DNA from: Candidatus Saccharimonadota bacterium
GTDB lineage: Bacteria; Patescibacteriota; Patescibacteriia; 2-12-FULL-60-25
Length of the DNA stretch: 32,000 bases
Direction: 5' to 3'
Assembly (NCBI GenBank): GCA_963718585.1
Contig: OY970357.1
Span: 630,001 to 662,000, forward strand
How positions within the stretch are numbered: the first letter of the stretch is position 1; every line of letters starts with the position of its first letter. The translations under genes were made by a program, and so were the position numbers. Below the pieces are notes generated by a model. That model was not told where the DNA came from. It did not search any database and was given only the letters and a program-made list of their open reading frames with translations. This document shows positions 1-6,075 of the stretch, piece after piece.

Positions 1-498
1 ACCGAACGCCCGGTGCGCATCCAAGAGCCATGCTGTCGGCGACACGACCGCATGTGGAGTCCCCATGGAAACGGACCGCACCGCACTCCATGACGACCGC
101 CAGACGGTCCGAAGATCTCTGGAGCGACCGTCCCACAGAATGCGTCCGGACGGTTCGAAGATCTGAACATCGTGAAGCATGTGCACCCATCGGACCGAGG
201 AGGCGATCTGATGCGGCGTATGAAACCCGCATCCGGTGAGATTATGGGAGAGCAGGACGTCCGGCCGCCAATCGCGGATCTCACGGACGGTCTCGTTGCG
301 CGCGCCAAGATCACACATGTGGAACCAGAGGCGACGGAGCGCGCCCATCTGACCAAGACGCACAAATTGCGGTCCCGGCCCCCAGACGCGGATCTCGTGG
401 CCCCGGCTGCGGAGGAGATCCGCATACATCCCCGCGATCACGCCCGCACCGCCGCGCGATTCCGGCGGAAACGCATTGGTCAGGATGGCGATGCGCAT
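1..498 (-). CDS. Glycosyltransferase family 4 (GT-B fold). Only the N-terminal 166 codons are present; the 3' end runs off the window.
   Basis: The ORF track omits it because there is no stop codon inside the window. Manual translation of the minus strand from the ATG at 498..496 gives MRIAILTNAFPPESRGGAGVIAGMYADLLRSRGHEIRVWGPG..., a typical GT4 N-terminus, and the frame stays open to position 1. The start overlaps the stop of the upstream GT4 (480..482). Confidence 0.7.
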   Translation of the reverse strand, partial: MRIAILTNAFPPESRGGAGVIAGMYADLLRSRGHEIRVWGPGPQFVRLGQMGALRRLWFHMCDLGARNETVREIRDWRPDVLLSHNLTGCGFHTPHQIASSVRWVHMLHDVQIFEPSGRILWDGRSRDLRTVWRSSWSAVRSVSMGTPHAVVSPTAWLLDAHRAFG

Positions 499-1562
499 AG
501 CTTCTGATAGACGGCGACCAATCCATCGATGTGACGCGACCAGGTGAACCGTTCGAGGATGCGCGCCCGCGCCGCAACGCCAAAGGCATCGCGCATCTCC
601 GGATTTTCCAAAAGGAGACGCAGGTGCGCCGCCAACTCCGGAGCATGACCCGCCGGGGTCAAAAATCCCGTCTCTTTATCCGCGACCACGGTCCGAACAC
701 CCGGAAGATCCGAGGCAACGACCGGAACGCCGCACGCCTGCGCTTCGAGCGCGACAAGACCGAATGCCTCGGCACCGGACGTTGAAGGAAATGCCAAGAC
801 GTCGCCACGTCGATAGACGCCTGGCAGATCCGCCTCTGCGACGCGACCGAGGAACGTCGTCCGTTCCGCGATACCGAGTTCTCTCGCAAGCCGCTCAAAT
901 CCGGGACGAAGATCTCCATCCCCCGCCAGGATCAAATGCGTGTTACGGGGTAATTCCACGAACGCCCGAAGGAGCACGTCCACTCCCTTGAAGGCATGTG
1001 CCTGGTCCATCCCACCGACGAACACGACCGTCCGCTCGAGCTGCGGGTTTCGAACGTCACGCTGCGCAGGCTTGAACCGCTCTTCATCCACACCGAATGG
1101 AAGCTCGATGACACGATCCGCCCATGGGGCGAACGACGCGTGTTCGACATAGTCTTTGGATGACGCAAAGAGAGCATCCGCAGCATCAAGGGTGCGGCGT
1201 TGCAGGAACATCCGATGCAGATCAAAGACAAGACCTTTCAACCCGGTCGCCGTCGCATCCATATGCAAGGTGATAGCGAGCCGTTTGATCTCTCCTTCCC
1301 GTCGCATCTTCGCGACATCGCCCGCTGTGCCGTAAAACGGATAGTGGAGGTGGACGATGTCTGCATCGCGGACGCGATCCAACAGGCACTTTCGGTCGAG
1401 AGATGCCGCATTCCCAAATGACCATCTCACCGGGATATTCCCAGGAGAAACGAGCGCGGCATCAAGGCCACGCGCCCGAAGCCGTTCGACCTCGGTCGCG
1501 GCCACGCGTCCGATCCCGCCGATCTGCGGCGGCGCGACGCACGAGAGATGCACGACCTTCAT
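480..1562 (-). CDS. Glycosyltransferase family 4 (GT-B fold)
   Basis: 360 aa ORF. The N-terminus is MKVVHLSCVAPPQIGGIGRVA (Gly-rich GT4 start). The C-terminal half carries the GT1/GT4 motif ...FPSTSGAEAFGLVALEAQACGVPVVASDLPGVRTVV...GFL (EX7E-like). Confidence 0.85.
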   Translation of the reverse strand: MKVVHLSCVAPPQIGGIGRVAATEVERLRARGLDAALVSPGNIPVRWSFGNAASLDRKCLLDRVRDADIVHLHYPFYGTAGDVAKMRREGEIKRLAITLHMDATATGLKGLVFDLHRMFLQRRTLDAADALFASSKDYVEHASFAPWADRVIELPFGVDEERFKPAQRDVRNPQLERTVVFVGGMDQAHAFKGVDVLLRAFVELPRNTHLILAGDGDLRPGFERLARELGIAERTTFLGRVAEADLPGVYRRGDVLAFPSTSGAEAFGLVALEAQACGVPVVASDLPGVRTVVADKETGFLTPAGHAPELAAHLRLLLENPEMRDAFGVAARARILERFTWSRHIDGLVAVYQKLCASPS

Positions 1563-1566
1563 ACCA

Positions 1567-1908
1567 TCAGGAACGATCGCGCTCCGGAAGATCCTTCAAC
1601 GCATCCTTTCGTACGATGTCCGTCAACTTCCGCTCCAATCCATCGATCGCGACGAACGATTTGAATACCAAGAAGAAAAGCGCGATGACGGATGCGTACA
1701 GGATCAAGTCCGCACCGCGGCCGACGCCGAAGAGATTCGCGACCGTTGTCGTGGTCTGAGGCAGGAGTACGACGATCCCGGCGCCGATCCACAACGTACT
1801 CCACGCCAATGCTTCTTTGAGAGAGATGACACGCTGACGCATCCGCCGCCAGGTCGCGACAAGGACGAGGAGCAGGACGAGGAGCAGGACGATCTGAATG
1901 AGGGTCAT
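1567..1908 (-). CDS. Small polytopic membrane protein, DUF2304-like, the usual partner of a GT2
   Basis: I trimmed the 168 aa track ORF to Met56 (ATG at 1908..1906), 2 nt downstream of the GT2 stop at 1911..1913. The sequence MTLIQIVLLLVLLLVLVATWRRMRQRVISLKEALAWSTLWIGAGIVVLL... is hydrophobic with about 3-4 helices. Its position directly after a GT2 matches the DUF2304 arrangement as I recall it. Confidence 0.55.
   Translation of the reverse strand: MTLIQIVLLLVLLLVLVATWRRMRQRVISLKEALAWSTLWIGAGIVVLLPQTTTTVANLFGVGRGADLILYASVIALFFLVFKSFVAIDGLERKLTDIVRKDALKDLPERDRS
1863..1892. repeat. 12-nt tandem repeat (ggacgaggagca, about 2.5 copies) inside the DUF2304-like CDS
   Basis: Read directly: ggacgaggagca ggacgaggagca ggacga. 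On the minus strand it encodes IVLLLVLLLVLV in the first transmembrane helix. Confidence 0.8.
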
Positions 1909-1910
1909 AG

Positions 1911-2594
1911 TCAGTTTGAAAAGATACCGAGAAGGAGTTGCCATGCGATCTTCATCGCATCCGCAGACTTTTGTCCTTTCGCCAAAGATTCGGGCGTATA
2001 CCGGACGCGCGTCGGCACTTCCTGCCAACGATACCCGTTGCCGCGCGTGACGAAACGAAGGATCTCCGAGCAATGCGCCATACGATCCTGACGAAAATCG
2101 ATCCGTCGCGCCGCATCCGCCGTCATTGCGCGCAGACCGCTTTGCGGGTCCGTGACGCGACGCGGGATCCCCATGACGAACGCATTGAAGAGCTTTGCCG
2201 CCATCAACAATGCCCGTCGATCGACCGGCATCCCCTCGGGGTCGGTACCAAGGAATCGCGACCCAAGCACCACATCCGCTTCATGAGCCTGCAACGGAGC
2301 GATCAACAGCGGGATCGACGCCGGATCATGCTGGCCATCTGCATCGATGTGCACGATGACCTCCGCACCGCGACGCAGCGCCGCCTCGGTCCCGGTCCGC
2401 AGCGCCGCCCCCTGGCCGCGATTCAGAGCATGTTGCAAGACGATGGCACCGACCGCGCGCGCCTCGTCCGCCGTCGTATCCAAAGAGCCGTCGTCCACGA
2501 CGACGACCTCGTCAACATAGGGACGCACGGCTGCAATGGTCCCGGCGATGCGTCCAGCCTCGTGAAAGGCTGGGATGACGGCAATGGCCCGCAT
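1911..2594 (-). CDS. GT2 glycosyltransferase, Dpm1 / polyprenyl-phosphate sugar synthase-like
   Basis: 227 aa. Motifs: AVIPAFHEAGRI, VVVVDDGSLDTT (DxD region), HIDADGQHDP, VVLGSRF. This is the short soluble GT2 architecture. Confidence 0.85.
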   Translation of the reverse strand: MRAIAVIPAFHEAGRIAGTIAAVRPYVDEVVVVDDGSLDTTADEARAVGAIVLQHALNRGQGAALRTGTEAALRRGAEVIVHIDADGQHDPASIPLLIAPLQAHEADVVLGSRFLGTDPEGMPVDRRALLMAAKLFNAFVMGIPRRVTDPQSGLRAMTADAARRIDFRQDRMAHCSEILRFVTRGNGYRWQEVPTRVRYTPESLAKGQKSADAMKIAWQLLLGIFSN

Positions 2595-2661
2595 GTCCGA
2601 TACCTTACGGGAAAACCCAGTTTTTTTGTAGTCTTAAGTCCACCCCTTCCTCCCGCCTCCG

Positions 2662-2670
2662 TGCTACACT
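2662..2670 (+). promoter_or_regulatory. Candidate extended -10 element (TGcTACACT) for the cyclase gene
   Basis: TGcTACACT ends 9 nt before the ATG at 2680, and there is no Shine-Dalgarno sequence in between. This implies a leaderless or near-leaderless transcript. Confidence 0.3.
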
Positions 2671-2679
2671 ATCCGCCAT

Positions 2680-3294
2680 ATGCCTACCGGTCCCCTCTCC
2701 CGCCTGCCCGCCTGCTCGATCCTCGATACCTTCCTCATCGAACGGATCGAACACCCAGAGCGCGAAAAGACCATCGATGCGAAGATCCGGAAGCGCTTCG
2801 AGAAGAAGGTCGCGATCTTCGTCCTTGATATGTCCGGCTTCTCTCGACTTGTCCAACGCTACGGCATCATCCATTACCTCGCCATGATCCGCCGCATGCG
2901 CCGGGTCGTCGCGCCGGCGATCAAGCGGAACGGCGGGATGGTCATCAAGTTCGAAGCGGATAATTGTTTCGCCGTGTTCCCCAAACCGGACCTTGCGGTC
3001 GAGGCCGCATTGCAGATCAACCACGATCTGAGCGTCGCGAACGAGGTGACCCCGGATGAAAGCGACGTCTACGTCTGCATCGGGATCGGGTACGGCCCCA
3101 CCCTGCTCGCCTGCGATGACCTCTACGGCAACGAGATGAATCTCGCATCCAAGCTCGGCGAAGACACGGCGGAAAAGACCGAGATCCTCCTCACGGCCGC
3201 GGCAAAAGCCGGCTGTCGCAAAAAACGTACACTCTCGTCGTTCGACCTGACGATAAGCGGCGTGACACTCAAAGCTTTCAAAGTGCAATATTGA
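2680..3294 (+). CDS. Stand-alone class III nucleotidyl (adenylate/guanylate) cyclase homology domain protein
   Basis: 204 aa. Cyclase-homology motifs, in order: VAIFVLDMSGFSRL (metal Asp 1), GGMVIKFEADNCFAVF (Lys + metal Asp 2), VCIGIGYGPTLLACDDLYGNEMNLASKL (purine-specifying Asp and Asn, with Lys in place of the usual Arg), ISGVTLKAFKV. The antisense ORF 2605..3402 has no recognisable motifs. Confidence 0.7.
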   Translation: MPTGPLSRLPACSILDTFLIERIEHPEREKTIDAKIRKRFEKKVAIFVLDMSGFSRLVQRYGIIHYLAMIRRMRRVVAPAIKRNGGMVIKFEADNCFAVFPKPDLAVEAALQINHDLSVANEVTPDESDVYVCIGIGYGPTLLACDDLYGNEMNLASKLGEDTAEKTEILLTAAAKAGCRKKRTLSSFDLTISGVTLKAFKVQY

Positions 3295-3488
3295 CAGTCC
3301 GGACATTGTCCGGCTCAAATAGATCATCTCTGCCCTCGCGAGTCGCGACCCCATCACCTCGTCCGTTCTCGGGAAACGGTCGGGTGCGAGGGAGGGATCC
3401 ACGCAAGGCCCACGGAAGCCTGGTCACACCGACCGCATTCCCAGAGGAAAGGGTCGGTCGTCCCGTTTCTGACCCTGTCCTCGATCTT

Positions 3489-3520
3489 CCCCGCGGCCTC
3501 CGCGGGGATTTCTTTATCCT
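3489..3520 (+). terminator. Candidate intrinsic terminator: 8-bp GC stem followed by a T-rich tail
   Basis: ccccgcgg-cct-ccgcgggg (3489..3507) is a perfect 8-bp stem, followed by atttctttatcct. The T-rich tail is only on the plus strand, so it fits the end of the cyclase transcript. It overlaps the 3' end of the convergent UXS-like gene. Confidence 0.5.
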
Positions 3521-4530
3521 GCCTTGAACCCGAGCAGGCTCTTGTGCGCCATCGTATATTCGATCGAGCGCTTCAATCCTTCGTCCAATCGCACGAGCGG
3601 GAGCCATCCGAGCTTCTCCTCCGCCTTCCTGATGTTCGGCAGACCAAGCGGGGTCATGAAAAGCAACGGGTCTTCGAATGTGATACGTGATGTGGACCCT
3701 GTCATCTCGATGATGCGCTGAGCCACATCCACGATCGGAACATCGATATCACTCCCAAAATTGACCGGCCCCGGATCTTCGGTCGTGCCCATGAGCTTCA
3801 TCAACCCATCCACGACATCCGTGACATAGATGAGCGATGTCTTGAACGTCTCATCCCCATAGATCGCCAGTTCCTTGCCATCGAGTGCATTCGTGATGAA
3901 ATCCGGGATCATCTGTCCATCAAACAATGCCATCCGCGGGCCGTAGGTCCGGAAGATCCGAGCGATCCGCGCCTCGATGCCGTACACGTTGTGATAGGTC
4001 TCGAACATGGTCTCCGCATACCGCTTGCCTTCGTCATAGCATGCACGCGGGCTCAGCATGTCGACCGTCCCGTTATAATCCTCGACATACGGCTTGTTAT
4101 CCACCGTCCGCGGGCCGTACACGACCGACGCAGAGGCTTGAAGGACCTTCGAATGGTATTTCACCGCCAGATCGAGGGTATTCTTCACGGCCAAGGAATT
4201 CGCCAAGAGAGTCTGCGACCGATACTGCTCGAACTTCTTCGGACTTGTGGGGCATGCGAGATGATAGATCTCCTTGAGGCCTTCCACCGGAAGCTTGAAC
4301 CGCATCAACTCAGGGAACGACTCAGGGTCGAACGGAACGTTCATGTCATGACGGATGAACTCGAAGTTCGGATCCTTCAGCAAGTGGTCGATGTTCGACT
4401 CTTGCGACGTCACGAAGTTGTCCACACAGATCACGCGGGAATCTTTGAGGAGCTTTTCACACAAAAAGGACCCGATGAATCCGGCACCGCCGGTCACGAG
4501 GACGTTCTTTTTCTCATTCATGTCTGGCAT
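3514..4530 (-). CDS. Extended SDR, UDP-glucuronate decarboxylase (UXS)/ArnA-like NAD-dependent epimerase/dehydratase
   Basis: 338 aa. Motifs: NVLVTGGAGFIGSFLCEKL, VICVDNF, IYHLACPTSP, YDEGKRYAETM (YxxxK), RIFRTYGPRM. The expected STSEVYG motif reads SASVVYG. Confidence 0.85.
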   Translation of the reverse strand: MPDMNEKKNVLVTGGAGFIGSFLCEKLLKDSRVICVDNFVTSQESNIDHLLKDPNFEFIRHDMNVPFDPESFPELMRFKLPVEGLKEIYHLACPTSPKKFEQYRSQTLLANSLAVKNTLDLAVKYHSKVLQASASVVYGPRTVDNKPYVEDYNGTVDMLSPRACYDEGKRYAETMFETYHNVYGIEARIARIFRTYGPRMALFDGQMIPDFITNALDGKELAIYGDETFKTSLIYVTDVVDGLMKLMGTTEDPGPVNFGSDIDVPIVDVAQRIIEMTGSTSRITFEDPLLFMTPLGLPNIRKAEEKLGWLPLVRLDEGLKRSIEYTMAHKSLLGFKAG

Positions 4531-4576
4531 ACGAGGGAAAGGATGACGGGTTTGCGGATGAAAGCGACCTCCAACG

Positions 4577-5584
4577 TTAGAAGCTTATCAGACTTCGATG
4601 CGATCTGGCGAAATCGATCATTCGTTCAAGTCCTGTCTCCAAACGCACGAGCGGCAGCCATCCTAAGAGGTCGCGCGCTCTGGTGATGTCGGGCAAACCG
4701 GCTTCGATGTAGTGCGTGGACGGAGGCTCAAAGCGCACATGCGACGTAGAACCGGTCAACTCGAGGATCTTCTGTGCGGCCGTCACCAATCGGACGTCCT
4801 CATCCGATCCAAGGTTCACAAGCGTGATGTCGATCGGCGTGGACATGAGACGAACGAGACCGTCGACGATGTCCGACACGTAACAAAAAGACGTTCGTGA
4901 CTCTTCATCGCCTGAGATGGTGATGTCCTTGCCGTCAAGCGCGTTGAGGACCATATCCGGAACGAGATTCCCGTCGAAGATCTTCATGCGCGGGCCGTAG
5001 CTCCGGAAGATCCGTGCGATCTTCGTGTCGATCCGGTACACATCCGCATACGTTTGCATGATCGCCTCGGAAAATCGTTTTCCCTCGTCATAGGCGCCAC
5101 GCGACGTCAGGTGATCGATATGGCATTCATCCGTCTCCGCATACGAGCGCTTTTCCGGACGCCGCGGGCCATACAGGACGCTTGAAGAGGCATACAGCAT
5201 CTTCGCGTCGTATTTGACCGCGAGATCGAGGATGTTCTTGATACCGACCGAGTTCGTGAGGACGGTCGCGATCTTGAAGTCATCAAAATGGCGCTTGGAG
5301 ATCGGGCAGGCAAGGTGATAGATCTCCTGGACGCCTTGGAATCGGACCTTGAATCGCTCGAGTTCTGGCAGGGTATCCAGATCGAGCGGCTGGATGATGT
5401 CATGATTGATGAACTCGAAATTCGGATCCTGCAACAAGTGCTCGATGTTCGAGACGGAACTCGTGATGAAATTGTCCACGCAGATGACGTGCGCCTCTTT
5501 GATGAGCCGGTCGCACAGATGCGAACCGATGAAGCCCGCACCGCCGGTCACGAGGACGTTCTTTTTCTCGAATGTCTGTTCCAT
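4577..5584 (-). CDS. Extended SDR, UXS/ArnA-like; tandem paralog of 3514..4530
   Basis: I trimmed the track ORF 4577..5731 to Met50 (ATG at 5584), which gives MEQTFEKKNVLVTGGAGFIGSHLCDRL, co-linear with its paralog MPDMNEKKNVLVTGGAGFIGSFLCEKL. Other motifs: YDEGKRFSEAI, RIFRSYGPRM. The STSEVYG equivalent reads SSSVLYG. Confidence 0.85.
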   Translation of the reverse strand: MEQTFEKKNVLVTGGAGFIGSHLCDRLIKEAHVICVDNFITSSVSNIEHLLQDPNFEFINHDIIQPLDLDTLPELERFKVRFQGVQEIYHLACPISKRHFDDFKIATVLTNSVGIKNILDLAVKYDAKMLYASSSVLYGPRRPEKRSYAETDECHIDHLTSRGAYDEGKRFSEAIMQTYADVYRIDTKIARIFRSYGPRMKIFDGNLVPDMVLNALDGKDITISGDEESRTSFCYVSDIVDGLVRLMSTPIDITLVNLGSDEDVRLVTAAQKILELTGSTSHVRFEPPSTHYIEAGLPDITRARDLLGWLPLVRLETGLERMIDFARSHRSLISF

Positions 5585-5601
5585 GCGGAAGGAAGTATAC
5601 C

Positions 5602-6075
5602 TCATCCGCCCTCGGGCGGCGACAGGGTCCGACGACGAAAGAATCGAAATGGCTCCGGATGGAACGTGAAGAATCGATGGGCCGTGAAGGTGAACACAGC
5701 GACGATCAGCGTTACGCCGACGATCACCCAAAGATCGTACAGATGCAAGATCGCATGACCGACGTAGAACAGGCCATTATTGAGCCCGAGTGCCACCACG
5801 GCGACCACGACAAAGCGACCCATATTTCCGACTGTGCGACGACCGGCTCGGAACGTGAAATGGCGATTCAACTCATAATTCAACCACGTCACGAAAACCG
5901 TCACGATCCCGTAAATGACGGGACGTGGACCGTTCGGCCAGATCCATCGTGTCAAAAGCGCATACAGACCGATCGTCGTGCATAAGGCCGTCACGCCGAC
6001 GATCCCAAAACGGAACATCCGCCGGACCTCCGGATGATCCCATATGACCCGGACGGATCGTCCCTCACCCCTCAT
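5602..6075 (-). CDS. GtrA-family membrane protein (polyprenyl-phosphate-sugar translocation family)
   Basis: The sequence RRMFRFGIVGVTALCTTIGLYALL...NYELNRHFTF...FTFTAHRFFTF has four hydrophobic helices and the GtrA-like RFxxVG start. I chose the start at 6075 because it forms an ATGA overlap with the protease stop. Alternative starts are 6102, 6084 and 6018. Confidence 0.7.
   Translation of the reverse strand: MRGEGRSVRVIWDHPEVRRMFRFGIVGVTALCTTIGLYALLTRWIWPNGPRPVIYGIVTVFVTWLNYELNRHFTFRAGRRTVGNMGRFVVVAVVALGLNNGLFYVGHAILHLYDLWVIVGVTLIVAVFTFTAHRFFTFHPEPFRFFRRRTLSPPEGG

Noticed and set aside
1938-2828. A 296-aa plus-strand ORF
   Set aside because: It is antisense to the GT2 gene and runs through the intergenic region into the cyclase gene out of frame. 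Its translation is Arg-rich and lacks motifs.
2680-3294. The cyclase as part of a Pycsar/CBASS-type anti-phage system
   Set aside because: No effector gene (cNMP-binding TM, TIR or other) is adjacent. Both neighbours are glycan enzymes on other transcription units. The specificity positions look adenylate-cyclase-like (Lys/Asp). I cannot exclude an effector encoded elsewhere.
2605-3402. A 265-aa minus-strand ORF overlapping the cyclase gene
   Set aside because: The plus-strand frame carries an ordered, complete set of class III cyclase motifs and the minus frame has none. I kept the plus-strand call.
3291-3527. A 78-aa plus-strand ORF in the only long intergenic tract
   Set aside because: It starts at a non-ATG codon, its translation is Arg/Pro/Ser/Gly-rich and low in complexity, and it runs through the terminator hairpin. 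It looks more like non-coding GC-rich sequence.
5585-5731. The N-terminal 49 codons of track ORF 4577..5731
   Set aside because: This part overlaps the GtrA gene in another frame. The paralog alignment fixes the start at MEQTFEKKNVLVTGG (5584).
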